From assembly GCA_963708025.1 (NCBI GenBank), contig CAVPSB010000029.1:1-64000 (forward strand): 64,000 nt of DNA. The letters run 5' to 3'. Positions within the stretch are counted from its first letter, which is position 1, and each line of letters opens with the position of its first letter. Both the position numbers and the translations under genes were made by a program. The notes beneath the pieces are model-generated. The model was not told where the DNA came from. It made no database searches and saw only the letters and a list, made by a program, of their open reading frames with translations. Positions 39,354-49,401 of the stretch are shown here, one piece after another. Source of the stretch: an uncultured Candidatus Rokubacteria bacterium. GTDB lineage: Bacteria > Methylomirabilota > Methylomirabilia > Rokubacteriales > DASRDR01.

Positions 39354-40934
39354 TTGATCGCCATTGTCGGACAGAGCGTGCTCGATCGCGTGAAGCTGCC
39401 CGGTCGCCCCTGGGTGGAGCGACTGGGCGGCGCGCCGTTGTTCGCCGGCCAGGTGCTGGCGGCGGCGGGGGTCCCGGCCGTCATCCTCACCCGTGGCGCG
39501 ACCCCGGAATTGCGCCGGCCGCTCCATGCCCTCGGGCTTCCCGTCATCGAGGGGCCGGCCGCCGGCTCGTGCGTCTCCGAGATGGTTCTCTTCCCGGACG
39601 GCTCGTGTTCCGACAGCTTCCACGCCTTCGGAGATCCTTTCACGCCGGCCGATGTCCGCACCTGGATGGCCCCGGGGCTGGCGGAGGCGCGCGCCGTGGT
39701 CTGCGGGGCTCAGTGGCGGGACGACTTCCGGGCGCCGACCGTGGCCGCGCTGGCCAGCGCCGGGCGGCCCGTCTATCTCGACGGACAGGGACCGCTGCGC
39801 GCCCCGCGGACCGGCCCGATCTGTCTCGAGGGCCCGCTGCCTCGGGCGCTGCTCCGCCACCTGACCGTCCTCAAGCTCGCCGAGGAGGAAGCCCGGGTGG
39901 TGCTCGGCGGCGTCGACGCGACGGCGGCCCAGGACCTGGGAGTGCCCATCGTCGTGGTGACGCTGGGTGAGCGAGGCGCCGTCGTTCTCGCCGGCGGACG
40001 GGCGACGGCGGTCGGCGTCGAGCCGGTCCGGGACCTCGCCGACGCCGTCGGTGCCGGCGACGCATTCCTCGCGCTCATGGCCGCGGCCGCGGCGGACGGG
40101 GTCTCGCCCGTGGAGGCCGCCCGCGTCGCCTGCGCCGGTACGGCCGACATGCTTCGTCGCCGCCGGCCGGATGCGAGCAGCGGTGGCCCGGAGCCAGTCG
40201 GTGGCCCGCGTGAGTCGAGGAGGCCGACCGCCCCGCCAAAGGCGGTGCTGTTCGACTTCGGGGGTACGCTCGATGCGGATGGCGTCGCGTGGAAGGAGCG
40301 CGTGTACCGGCTCTTCCACGACGATGGTCTCGCCGGCGCCCGAAGTGAGTTCGATCCCATCTTCTACGCGGCAGACGACGCGCTGGTCGGCGCCATCCCC
40401 GGCACCCTGTCGTTCGGGGACACCGTACTCCGGCTGTTCCGCGGCGTTGCCAGCGGCCTCGGGCTGGCGGCACCCGAGCGCGAGGCGGTTCGCCTGGCCG
40501 CCCGATTCCGGGCAGACTCGCAGGCGCGACTGCAGGCCAACACAGCGCTCCTGCGGCGCCTCGCCGCCCGCTACCGGCTGGGCATCGTCTCGAACTTCTA
40601 CGGCAACCTGGCCACGGTCTGCGAGGAGGTGGGACTTCGCCCCTACTTCGCCACCCTCGTCGATTCGGCCGTCGTCGGATGCCGCAAGCCCGAGCCGGAG
40701 ATCTTCCACCGGGCCCTCGCTCATCTCGGCGTCGAGCCCGCCGCTGCCGTGTTCGTGGGCGACTCGCTTCGCCGGGACATGGCCGGCGCCGGCAACGTCG
40801 GCATGCCTCACGTGTGGCTCACCCCCGTCCCGGCGCCCGGGTCCGTCGGCGGCTCCGCTCACGTCAGCGGCCCGTGCTGCCCGGAGGACGACGTCATCCA
40901 TTCGCTCACCGAGCTCGACGAGCTGTTGCTGTGA
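39354..40934 (+). CDS. Fused PfkB-family carbohydrate kinase and HAD-family hydrolase
   Basis: PfkB motifs GGAP, VVTLGERG, DAVGAGDAF; then HAD motifs FDFGGTLD, VSNFYGN, KPEPEIF, VGDS..RD. Confidence 0.85.
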   Translation: MIAIVGQSVLDRVKLPGRPWVERLGGAPLFAGQVLAAAGVPAVILTRGATPELRRPLHALGLPVIEGPAAGSCVSEMVLFPDGSCSDSFHAFGDPFTPADVRTWMAPGLAEARAVVCGAQWRDDFRAPTVAALASAGRPVYLDGQGPLRAPRTGPICLEGPLPRALLRHLTVLKLAEEEARVVLGGVDATAAQDLGVPIVVVTLGERGAVVLAGGRATAVGVEPVRDLADAVGAGDAFLALMAAAAADGVSPVEAARVACAGTADMLRRRRPDASSGGPEPVGGPRESRRPTAPPKAVLFDFGGTLDADGVAWKERVYRLFHDDGLAGARSEFDPIFYAADDALVGAIPGTLSFGDTVLRLFRGVASGLGLAAPEREAVRLAARFRADSQARLQANTALLRRLAARYRLGIVSNFYGNLATVCEEVGLRPYFATLVDSAVVGCRKPEPEIFHRALAHLGVEPAAAVFVGDSLRRDMAGAGNVGMPHVWLTPVPAPGSVGGSAHVSGPCCPEDDVIHSLTELDELLL

Positions 40935-41668
40935 CGGACGCCTCGGCGCTCGACGGGGCGATCCTGGCCGCCGGGAGCGGCAGCCGCCTGCGCGGGGACG
41001 GCTGGACGATGCCCAAGCCCATGGTGCCGGTCGCGGGGATGCCGCTCATCGAGCACGTGATCCGGAATTTCATGGCCGCCGGCGTGACATCGCTCGTGAT
41101 CATCGTGAACGAGGAGGCCCGGGATTGCGCGCACTGGGTGCGACAGCGCTTCCCCGGCCTGGATCTCCGCTTCCTCATCCGGACGACGGCTTCGTCCCTG
41201 GAGAGCTTCCGGGAGATCGCTCGGCACGCCGTGGGTAGCCGCACGCTCGTCTCGACGGTCGATGCGTGGTGCCCGGTCGAGGACTTCGTTCGCTTCGTGG
41301 AGGCGGCCTGCCGCTGCCCGGACCCGGCGACGGTCCTGGCCGTCACCCCGTTCGTCGCGGACGAGCGGCCGCTGTGGGTGGAGATGGACGACGCCGGACG
41401 GGTGACGCAGTGCGGCGGCGATTCCGGCGCCTTCGTGACGGCGGGGATCTACCTCGTTCCGGAGCAGGTGCGCCGGATGACCCTGCCGCCGGGGCTGGGC
41501 CGACTTCGCGAATTCCTGAGCTGGCTGGTGGCGCGCGGCGAGGCCGTCTACGGGATACCCGTCCCGACCGTGATCGACGTGGATCGGACGAGCGACGTGA
41601 CGCTGGCCGAGGCGCTCGCCCGGGGCGGGCCCGGGGTCGGCGCCGCTCCCGGCGGGTCCCCTCGATGA
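40931..41668 (+). CDS. NTP transferase (sugar/inositol-phosphate nucleotidyltransferase)
   Basis: ILAAGSGSRL, PKPMVPV, STVD, DVD. Confidence 0.88.
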   Translation: MTDASALDGAILAAGSGSRLRGDGWTMPKPMVPVAGMPLIEHVIRNFMAAGVTSLVIIVNEEARDCAHWVRQRFPGLDLRFLIRTTASSLESFREIARHAVGSRTLVSTVDAWCPVEDFVRFVEAACRCPDPATVLAVTPFVADERPLWVEMDDAGRVTQCGGDSGAFVTAGIYLVPEQVRRMTLPPGLGRLREFLSWLVARGEAVYGIPVPTVIDVDRTSDVTLAEALARGGPGVGAAPGGSPR

Positions 41669-42510
41669 GCGCCCACCGCTGCTGGGGCATCTTTCGCGAG
41701 CGCACCCACTCGCCCGGGCGCGAGTCCGACGATGCCGAGATCCTCCGGCTGACCGCGAAGGAGCTGGAGGCGCGCGGGTTCACCGTCAGCGTGAAGAGCC
41801 CGGACGAGCTGGACGATCCGGTCGAGACGCCCCCGCCGGCGATCTTCTTGATGTGCGAGCGGGTCAAGGTTCTACGGCTCCTCCGCGACTGGGAGGCCAC
41901 GGGCGTCTGGCTGGTCAACGCTCCGGTCGCGGTTCTCAACACCTATCGAGAACGCATGCTGGCCTCGTGGGCGGCGGCCGGAGTTCCATTCCCGGCGAGC
42001 CGCGTGGTCCGGACCGACGGGCCGCCGCCGCCCGAGCGTGAGTCCGACCAGTGGCCGATCTGGATGAAGCGCGCGGACGTGCACAGCACTCAACCCGGTG
42101 ACGTGAGTCGCATCGAGGACCGGGCGGCCCTGCACGAAGCGCTGGCGGGGTTCGCCCGGCGCGGGCTCCCGCGGGCCGTCCTCCAGCAGCACGTCGCGGG
42201 TGACCTGCTCAAGTTCTACGGGATCGGCACGGCGCCCGGGCTTGATGGTGGCGCTCCGTGGTTCCGGCACTTCTATCACCGCGATCAGGTGCTGCACGGC
42301 TACCCATTCGACCCGGGCGCGCTGGCACGGCTCACGCGACAGGCCGCCGCGGTGCTCGGGCTCGAGGTGTTCGGCGGTGACGCCATCGTCGGCCCGGATG
42401 GCCACCTCGCGCTGATCGACCTCAACGCCTGGCCGAGCTTCGCGCTGTACCGGGACGAGGCGGCCGCCGAGATCGCCGGCTACCTGGCGCGTCGGTTCAC
42501 GCGAGCGTGA
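41665..42510 (+). CDS. ATP-grasp-fold protein
   Basis: HSPGRESDDAEIL, WMKRAD, QQHVAGDLLKFYG, FGGDAI, IDLNAWPSF. Confidence 0.75.
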   Translation: MSAHRCWGIFRERTHSPGRESDDAEILRLTAKELEARGFTVSVKSPDELDDPVETPPPAIFLMCERVKVLRLLRDWEATGVWLVNAPVAVLNTYRERMLASWAAAGVPFPASRVVRTDGPPPPERESDQWPIWMKRADVHSTQPGDVSRIEDRAALHEALAGFARRGLPRAVLQQHVAGDLLKFYGIGTAPGLDGGAPWFRHFYHRDQVLHGYPFDPGALARLTRQAAAVLGLEVFGGDAIVGPDGHLALIDLNAWPSFALYRDEAAAEIAGYLARRFTRA

Positions 42511-42511
42511 T

Positions 42512-43777
42512 GTGAGCGGCGGCACACGGGATCCGGGTCACGCCGCCGGGCCGTCCCCGGTCAGCCGCGCGGTCGTCGTGGCCAGCCGGGCCGCGTGTCT
42601 CGCCCCCGTTGGCGGCCTGCCGCTGGCGGTCCGCGCCGTGCTGACGCTGCGGGCGGCGGGCTTCGCCGTGAGCGTCGTGGCCGGCCCCCACGCCGGCGAG
42701 ATGAGCGCGTGGCTGAGCCGGCGGGGCATTCGCGAGGCCCCCCCCGCGCCGCCCGGGGGGCCGGCGCCCGTTCTCGTCCTCATGGGCGATGTCGTGTTCG
42801 AGCCGCGCGTGCTGGCGCCCCTGCTCGCCGCCGCCGAGCCCGGGCGGCTGCGCGTCGCGCAGAGCCCGGACGCGGCGACGGGCGAGGTCCGGGCCGGCCT
42901 CTGCCCGGAATCCGCGCTGCCGGCGCTCGAGGCCTCGCTGTCGGACGGTCAGTGCGCGCTGGGAACGGCGCTCCAGGGATTGGGTCACCTCGACGAGCCG
43001 GTTCCGTTCGGGGACGGGCTCTTCCTGGCGCTCGATGCCCGCTCCACCCCTGGCGAGCTGACGGAGGCTCTCCTGGACCACTTCGGTCGGGGGGCGGCCG
43101 CGACCGACGGGTACCTGGCCACGCTGCTCGACCGCCCTCTGTCACGCCGGCTGACCCGCTGGCTGCTGCCGTGGCCGGTGACGCCGAACCAGATCACGGT
43201 GGCCAGCATCGCGGTCGGCCTGGTCGGCGCGGTCGGCCTGGCCTCGGTCTCGTATCTCGGCCGGCTCGGCGGCGTGCTGCTCCTCCTCGTGTCCAGCGTG
43301 CTGGACGGCGTCGACGGTGAGGTGGCCCGGGCTCGCTTCGAGCAGAGCGCGGCCGGGGCGCGACTGGACTTGATCGGCGACTACGTCATTCACCTGGCCA
43401 CGTTCGCCGGCCTCGGGGTCGGGCTCGCGCGCCAGGGGCCGTCACAGCTCCTTCTCGTTGCCGCCGGGGTCCTGTTCGCCGGCGTCGCGACCGCCATCGT
43501 CGTGATGCACCGACTCGTCAACGGCCCCGTGCTGGCCCGGAGCGATGACCTGCACGACGCCGGCGCCACGGCCGGGTTGCGCGGGGCGGCGATCATGGCG
43601 CACGTCGAGAAGCTGGCCGGTCGCGACTACGTCTACCTGCTCCTGCTCTTCGCCGTCGTCGGGCGACTCGACTGGTTCGTGTCCGCGGCCGCGGTCGGCT
43701 CCTGGGCGTTCGTGATCGGCCTGATCGCCTATGAGGCCCACCAGCGCGCTGGCTCCCCCGGGAGCGCCCGGGGGTAA
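42512..43777 (+). CDS. CDP-alcohol phosphatidyltransferase with a degenerate N-terminal nucleotidyltransferase-like domain
   Basis: VTPNQIT and the signature DGVDGEVAR...GARLDLIGD. Confidence 0.9.
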   Translation: MSGGTRDPGHAAGPSPVSRAVVVASRAACLAPVGGLPLAVRAVLTLRAAGFAVSVVAGPHAGEMSAWLSRRGIREAPPAPPGGPAPVLVLMGDVVFEPRVLAPLLAAAEPGRLRVAQSPDAATGEVRAGLCPESALPALEASLSDGQCALGTALQGLGHLDEPVPFGDGLFLALDARSTPGELTEALLDHFGRGAAATDGYLATLLDRPLSRRLTRWLLPWPVTPNQITVASIAVGLVGAVGLASVSYLGRLGGVLLLLVSSVLDGVDGEVARARFEQSAAGARLDLIGDYVIHLATFAGLGVGLARQGPSQLLLVAAGVLFAGVATAIVVMHRLVNGPVLARSDDLHDAGATAGLRGAAIMAHVEKLAGRDYVYLLLLFAVVGRLDWFVSAAAVGSWAFVIGLIAYEAHQRAGSPGSARG

Positions 43778-43953
43778 GCGAGAGCAGACGGAGGCTGCCA
43801 GCCTTCTCGCCGTGGCCGTCCGGGTTCCAGCCGGAGGGTTGCCGCGCGCGCGAGCTTCTTCGCGTACGACGCGTTCTGCGCGGGTGACGTCTACGCCGAC
43901 GGCCGGTCGGTGGCGAGTGGACAGGCCGGCGCCTGCAGGTTACGATCCGGGGT

Positions 43954-45180
43954 ATGCGCGAGTCCGCGGCCCGGCGGGCCCACGATCTCGCCGAGGCCGA
44001 CGGTCTCGATGTGGTCGGGCGCCCCCGGGTCCGCCCCAATGCGCCGGTTCTCGCTCTCCTGGCGCTCGGCCACCTGGTGATCGATACCAACCAGGGAGCG
44101 CTGCCAGCCCTCCTCCCGTTCCTCAGGCCGAAGTTCGGGCTCTCCTACGCCGCGGCCGGCACCATCCTGCTGGTCGCCAACCTGACCTCCTCGGTCATCC
44201 AGCCCGTCTTCGGCTACCTCTCGGACCGCACGAGCCGCCGCTGGCTCTTGCCCTGGTCGCTCGTCCTCGCCTCCACCGGCGTCGGCCTGGCCGGCTGGGC
44301 GCCCTCCTACGGGATCCTGCTGCTGCTCGTCGTCGTGTCTGGCCTCGGGATCGCCGCGTACCACCCGGAGGGGTACAAGACGGCCCACCAGGTCGCCGGC
44401 GACCGCAAGGCGACCGGGCTGTCCTTCTTCTCCATTGGCGGCAACGTCGGCATCGCCCTGGGGCCGCCGGTGATCACCGCGCTGGTGAGCGGCTTCACGC
44501 TCCGCGGCACGCTCGGGATGCTGGGGCCGGGTCTGGTGGTGGCGGGGCTCGTCGCCGCCGCCCTGCCGGGGCTGGTCGCGTCCCCGGCGACGGGGTCGAC
44601 GCGGGCCGCGGCGCCGGCGGGGCCGGACATGGTCGGCGGCATGGCGCTCCTCGTCGCCATCATCGGGGTGCGGGCCTGGGCCCAGCTCGGGCTGGTCGCG
44701 TACGTGCCGTTCTTCTACGTGGACGTGCTCGGGGCCGACCCCCGGGTCGTCGGGCCGCTGCTCTTCACCTTCCTGGGCGCCGGCGCCCTGGGGACGCTGG
44801 CCGGGGGGCCGATCGCCGACCGCTGGGGCCCCCGGCGGTACGTCACGTGGAGCCTGCTGGCCTCGGTGCCGCCGGTCGCCGGCTTCCTGCTCCGCCCCGG
44901 CGGCGTGTTCGCGACGCTCTGCCTGGCCGCCGCCGGGTTCGTCCTCGTCTCCTCGTTCTCGGTGACGGTGGCGCTGGCCCAGGCGTACCTGCCGCGGCGG
45001 CTCGGGCTGGCCGCGGGGCTGAGCGTCGGCCTCGCGATCGGGCTGGGCGGCATCGGCGTCGCCGTCCTCGGCTGGGTCGCGGACCACTGGGGGCTCCGGC
45101 CCGCCCTCGCCGTGATCGCGGCCATGCCCCTGGCCGGCTTCGCGCTCGCGCTGTTCCTGCCCGAACCCCGCCAGTCTTGA
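43954..45180 (+). CDS. MFS transporter (Fsr-like)
   Basis: GHLVIDTNQG, QPVFGYLSDR, YHPEG, about 12 TM segments. Confidence 0.9.
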   Translation: MRESAARRAHDLAEADGLDVVGRPRVRPNAPVLALLALGHLVIDTNQGALPALLPFLRPKFGLSYAAAGTILLVANLTSSVIQPVFGYLSDRTSRRWLLPWSLVLASTGVGLAGWAPSYGILLLLVVVSGLGIAAYHPEGYKTAHQVAGDRKATGLSFFSIGGNVGIALGPPVITALVSGFTLRGTLGMLGPGLVVAGLVAAALPGLVASPATGSTRAAAPAGPDMVGGMALLVAIIGVRAWAQLGLVAYVPFFYVDVLGADPRVVGPLLFTFLGAGALGTLAGGPIADRWGPRRYVTWSLLASVPPVAGFLLRPGGVFATLCLAAAGFVLVSSFSVTVALAQAYLPRRLGLAAGLSVGLAIGLGGIGVAVLGWVADHWGLRPALAVIAAMPLAGFALALFLPEPRQS

Positions 45181-45283
45181 GGCCGAAAGCCCCGTCGACC
45201 GGGACGTTGGCGCGCGGGGCCTGCCCGCGTTATCATCCTTGAGCGTCCCTCAGGGGATACCCCAGACCCGAGAAGGAGGAGGA

Positions 45284-46192
45284 ATGTTCGCGTCGGTCGA
45301 GGAGATTCAGCAGCGGTTCCAGGCCAGCCAGTACATCGCGAACCGGCGGATCGCCACCGTCGTGTACCTGGCCGTCCGGATGAACCGCCCGATCCTGGTC
45401 GAAGGCCCGGCCGGCGTCGGGAAGACGGAGCTGGCCAAGGTGCTCGCCGAGTCGCTGGGGCGGCCGCTGATCCGCCTCCAGTGCTACGAGGGGCTCGACG
45501 AGGCCAAGGCCCTGTACGAGTGGAAGTACGCCAAGCAGCTCCTCTACACCCAGATCCTCCGCGAGCGCATCGGCGACCTGGTCGCCGACGCCCCCTCCCT
45601 GACCGACGCCGTGGAGCGCGTGGCCCGGCAGGAGGACGCCTTCTTCTCCTTCCGGTTCCTGTCGCCGCGCCCCCTGCTCGGCGCGATCCTGGCCGACGAG
45701 CCCTCGGTCCTCCTGATCGACGAGATCGACAAGGCCGAGGTCGAGTTCGAGGCGTTCCTGCTCGAGGTGCTCTCGGACTGGCAGGTGTCGGTACCGGAGC
45801 TGGGCACCATCAAGGCCCGGCACCTCCCGCTGGTCGTCCTGACGTCGAACAACGCCCGCGAGCTGACCGATGGGCTGAAGCGCCGCTGCCTCCACCTGTT
45901 CATCGACTTTCCGGCGGCGGCCGAGGAGCTGGCGATCATCCGCCTCAAGGTGCCCGAGGTGTCGGAGCGCCTGGCCCACGAGGTCGTGAGGGCGGTGCAG
46001 CGGATCCGGGCCCTCGAGCTGCGCAAGGCCCCCTCGATCTCGGAGAGCCTCGACTGGGCGCGCTCCCTCGTGATCCTGAACGCCGATCGGCTCGAGCCCG
46101 GCGTCGTCGAGGCGACCCTCACGCTGCTCGTCAAGTACGAGCGCGATCTCGAGCGGGTGAAGGCGAGCCTGGACAAGGTTCTCGCCGAATAG
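45284..46192 (+). CDS. MoxR/CoxD-type AAA+ ATPase
   Basis: GPAGVGKT, LQCYEGLD, LLIDEIDKA, LTSN. Confidence 0.93.
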   Translation: MFASVEEIQQRFQASQYIANRRIATVVYLAVRMNRPILVEGPAGVGKTELAKVLAESLGRPLIRLQCYEGLDEAKALYEWKYAKQLLYTQILRERIGDLVADAPSLTDAVERVARQEDAFFSFRFLSPRPLLGAILADEPSVLLIDEIDKAEVEFEAFLLEVLSDWQVSVPELGTIKARHLPLVVLTSNNARELTDGLKRRCLHLFIDFPAAAEELAIIRLKVPEVSERLAHEVVRAVQRIRALELRKAPSISESLDWARSLVILNADRLEPGVVEATLTLLVKYERDLERVKASLDKVLAE

Positions 46193-46208
46193 AACGAGGA
46201 GACAGCGC

Positions 46209-46898
46209 GTGTCCGAGACCATCGTCTCCGCGATGCTGAAGAAGACGGCCCTCTTCGGGGATCTCGCCCTCTCCGAGCGGCTGGCGCTGGCCAGCGCCAT
46301 GCGGCGGGGCGACGTTCCGAAGGACGCCCACGTCTTCCACGCCGGGGACCCCGGCCGCTCGTTCTTCCTGGTGGTGGCCGGCCGGATCAAGATCTCGCTC
46401 TCCCGGCAGGGTCGCGAGATCGTCCTCGCCGAGCTGGGTCCGGGCGACTACTTCGGCGAGTTCTCCCTCATCGACGGCCGGCCGCGCTCGGCCGACGCCA
46501 TCGCGGTGATCCGGTCCGAGGTGCTGGAGCTGCCCCAGGAGGTCTTCTTCCGCCTGCTGGACTCGAACGGCACCGTGGCCCGGAAGCTCCTCGTGGAGCT
46601 GTGCCGGCGGCTCCGGGAGGCGGACGCCCAGATCAGCACGCTGGCGACCGTGGACGCGGCCGGCCGCATCGTCCGCGGCCTGCTCAAGCTGGGCGAGCAC
46701 CACGCCCGGCGCGAGGGCGCGGACCTCATCTTCGCCAAGGCGCCCCGCCAGCGCGACGTGGCGGCGCTGGCCGGGACGACCCGGGCGACCACCTCGCGGC
46801 TGATCCGGCAGCTCACCCAGCAGGGCCTGCTGACCTTCAGCGGCCAGTCCCTCATCGTCCACGAGCGACAGGTCTTACCCGAAGACAACGTCCAGTAG
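46209..46898 (+). CDS. Crp/Fnr family transcriptional regulator
   Basis: GDYFGEFSL..PRSA cNMP-binding motif; HTH AGTTRATTSR. Confidence 0.92.
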   Translation: MSETIVSAMLKKTALFGDLALSERLALASAMRRGDVPKDAHVFHAGDPGRSFFLVVAGRIKISLSRQGREIVLAELGPGDYFGEFSLIDGRPRSADAIAVIRSEVLELPQEVFFRLLDSNGTVARKLLVELCRRLREADAQISTLATVDAAGRIVRGLLKLGEHHARREGADLIFAKAPRQRDVAALAGTTRATTSRLIRQLTQQGLLTFSGQSLIVHERQVLPEDNVQ

Positions 46899-46926
46899 CG
46901 GCAGGCGGGGCCGATGAGCGTCGCAT

Positions 46927-46995
46927 CGCGTCGTCCTCGGTCGTCGCCGATCCTCAGCGTACCCGGGGTACGCCTCCGGTCGGCTCCTCCCTGCG
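46927..46995. repeat. Interrupted palindromic (REP-like) element
   Basis: GCCGATC..GCGTACCC-G-GGGTACGC..GGTCGGC. Confidence 0.5.
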
Positions 46996-47048
46996 TCCTA
47001 GCGCTGCTCGCTCCTCGGCCCCGCCCGCAAGAACGTACTTCATTCGCT

Positions 47049-47098
47049 CCCTCTCCCTCCCTCGGGAGGGAGAGGGCGGGGGTGAGGGTGGGAGGGGC
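47049..47098 (+). repeat. REP-like palindrome
   Basis: CCCTCTCCCTCCC-TC-GGGAGGGAGAGGG followed by CGGGGGTGAGGG. Confidence 0.6.
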
Positions 47099-47105
47099 GC
47101 GCTAG

Positions 47106-48524
47106 ATGGACGAACGGATCCTCGAGTTCATCGGAGACCTCCGCAAGGCCGAGATCCGCGTCTCGACCACGGAGGCGCTCGACGCGCTCCAGGCCGCCGC
47201 CGAGATCGGTCTGAGCGATCGCCACGACTTCCGGGCGGCCCTGGCCGCGACCCTGGTCAAGGAGTCGCGCGACCTGCCGGCCTTCGACCGGCTCTTCGAC
47301 CTCTACTTCTTCGACCTCCAGGCCCTCGGCGCCGAGACCGCCAAGGCGCTGGGCCGCAAGGACCCGTGGGCCCGCGCCCTGCTCGAGCGCCTGCTGGCCG
47401 AGGGCGACCTCGACGTCGATCCGCTCACCGAGCTCCTGCTCACGGCCGAGGCGCCCGAGCTGGAGCTGGCGGTCCGCCAGGGTGGCCGGGCGGTCGGACT
47501 GGAGCGGCTCTTCTACTTTCTCCAGGTCGGCTACTTCTCCCGGCGGATCTGGGACCAGTTCCCGTGGCAGGAGATCGAGGGCGACCTGGAAGCGCTGCTC
47601 CGCGCCGCCGAGGCGGAAGGGATGGACCCCGGGGCCCTGGCCCGGCTCCGCACCTACATGGAGCTGCGGATGGAGGCCTTCCGGCGGCTGATCCGCCAGC
47701 ACGTCGAGCGCGAGCTGGGCCGCCGCGGCTACCGGCAGGAGGAGCGGCTGCGGCGCGAGCTGCTCGCCGACAAGCCGCTCTTCACGCTGTCGGCCGACGA
47801 GGTCGCGCAGATGAAGGCGGTCGTCGCGCGCCTGGCTCGCAAGATCAAAGACGCCCTCGCCCTCCGGCAGCGGCGCGAGCAGGAAGGGAAGCTCGATCCG
47901 AAGCGGACGTTCCGGGCGAGCCTCCAGTACGACGGGGTGCCGCTCGACATCCGGTGGCGCCACCGGCGCCGGGAGAAGCCCCGGCTGGTCACCCTCTGCG
48001 ACGTCTCCGACTCGGTCCGCAACGCCTCGCGCTTCATGCTGCAGCTCGTCTGGAACCTGCAGGAGTGCTTCTCCCGGGTCCAGAGCTTCGTCTTCGTCTC
48101 GGAGATCGCCGAGGTGTCGGAGGCCTTTCGCACGCTGCCGGTGGAGCGGGCGGTCGAGTACGCCCTCGGCGGGGCGCGGGTGGACTACCACAGCCGCTCG
48201 GACTTCGGCTACGCCTTCGCCCGGTTCACCCGGGAGTCGCTGGAGCGGCTCGACCGGAAGACGACGCTCCTCGTCCTCGGGGATGCCCGCAACAACTACA
48301 ACGACCCCCAGGCGTGGGCGATCCGCCTCATGCGGGAGCGGGTGAAGGGGATCATCTGGCTCAACCCCGAAGGGCAGTGGGGCTGGGGGGTGGGCGACTC
48401 CGTCATGCCGCTCTACGCCCCCCACTGCGACGTCGTCCGGGAGTGCCGGACGCTCGCCCAGCTCGCCGAGGTGGTGGACGGCCTGCTCCAGGGCTGGTGG
48501 CGCCGCCGCGGCGCCGTCCGCTGA
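47106..48524 (+). CDS. CoxE-like vWA domain protein
   Basis: LCDVSDSV, LGDARNNY, WLNPE. Confidence 0.92.
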   Translation: MDERILEFIGDLRKAEIRVSTTEALDALQAAAEIGLSDRHDFRAALAATLVKESRDLPAFDRLFDLYFFDLQALGAETAKALGRKDPWARALLERLLAEGDLDVDPLTELLLTAEAPELELAVRQGGRAVGLERLFYFLQVGYFSRRIWDQFPWQEIEGDLEALLRAAEAEGMDPGALARLRTYMELRMEAFRRLIRQHVERELGRRGYRQEERLRRELLADKPLFTLSADEVAQMKAVVARLARKIKDALALRQRREQEGKLDPKRTFRASLQYDGVPLDIRWRHRRREKPRLVTLCDVSDSVRNASRFMLQLVWNLQECFSRVQSFVFVSEIAEVSEAFRTLPVERAVEYALGGARVDYHSRSDFGYAFARFTRESLERLDRKTTLLVLGDARNNYNDPQAWAIRLMRERVKGIIWLNPEGQWGWGVGDSVMPLYAPHCDVVRECRTLAQLAEVVDGLLQGWWRRRGAVR

Positions 48525-48525
48525 A

Positions 48526-48609
48526 AGCGTGTGAAGGAATGGGGTTCTCCGGCTCCCCCCTCCCCCGGTGGGTGGGGGAGGGGGGCTGGGGGGGTGGGCG
48601 GGGGTCCCG
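48526..48609 (+). repeat. Modular intergenic repeat, copy 5
   Basis: AGCGTGTGAAGGAATGG...GGGTGGGCGGGGGTCCCG. Confidence 0.8.
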
Positions 48610-48663
48610 AACTGAGGTCCCCGGACCTCCGATGAATCCGGGTCGGAGGGGGTCGGACCGGCC

Positions 48664-49215
48664 TCAGCCCTCGCGGTCGCCCTGCCCCTTGAACTGACTC
48701 TCGGCGGCCCCGAAGAGCACGTTGAAGGTCGTGAGACTTCCGTAGCAGCGGCTGATGTAGCCCTGCAGCTCGAGCTTCTCCTCGGAGGCCAGACCGGGGT
48801 GGCTGTTGACCTTCTGCTCGAGCACGCGCAGCCGGTCGCGGACGCCGATGATCTTCTTGAAGAAGATCTCGAGCGGCACGTCCTTGGGCTGGGTGCCCTC
48901 CTTGCCGGGGATGAGCCGCAGCGTCCCGCCGACCCAGCGCTTGCCGAGCTCGAGGTCAACGTCGAGCCAGCCGTGGTCGCCGAGGACCTCGCGCACCGCC
49001 TGCTTGACCCGGTCAACCTCGGGATCGCCGGCGGCCGCCTCCACCTGCAGGTCCTCGAAGGTAAAGGCTACCCGGCGCGTCTCGCCGCCGCGGAACAGGA
49101 TCACGTAGGCGTCGCCGTCGTAGCTCACGATGCGGCCGCTCCCGAAATGAGCGTGGCGCACGACGCTCCCCACGCCGAAGCGCGGGCGCGGGCCGGTCGG
49201 TCTGGTGTCACTCAT
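48664..49215 (-). CDS. Conserved hypothetical protein with an N-terminal Tudor-like domain
   Basis: GSVVRHAHFGSGRI; FFKKIIGVRDRLRVLEQ; YGSLTTFNVLF. Confidence 0.75.
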   Translation of the reverse strand: MSDTRPTGPRPRFGVGSVVRHAHFGSGRIVSYDGDAYVILFRGGETRRVAFTFEDLQVEAAAGDPEVDRVKQAVREVLGDHGWLDVDLELGKRWVGGTLRLIPGKEGTQPKDVPLEIFFKKIIGVRDRLRVLEQKVNSHPGLASEEKLELQGYISRCYGSLTTFNVLFGAAESQFKGQGDREG

Positions 49216-49401
49216 GGCTCGGGTGATTGTAGCGCTATCCGCGTCGTATCGCTTCGGTCGTCGTGACCCTCGGCGCCTTGCTCGAGCCAATCCCCCGTGC
49301 TAGCTTCCTGGCAGTCGCCAGTCACCGACTCCAGGAGGTCTCGCCATCACCTTCTTCGACGTTCCCGCGGATGCGAAGGGTCACGCGGCGGCGGGTGCGC
49401 G

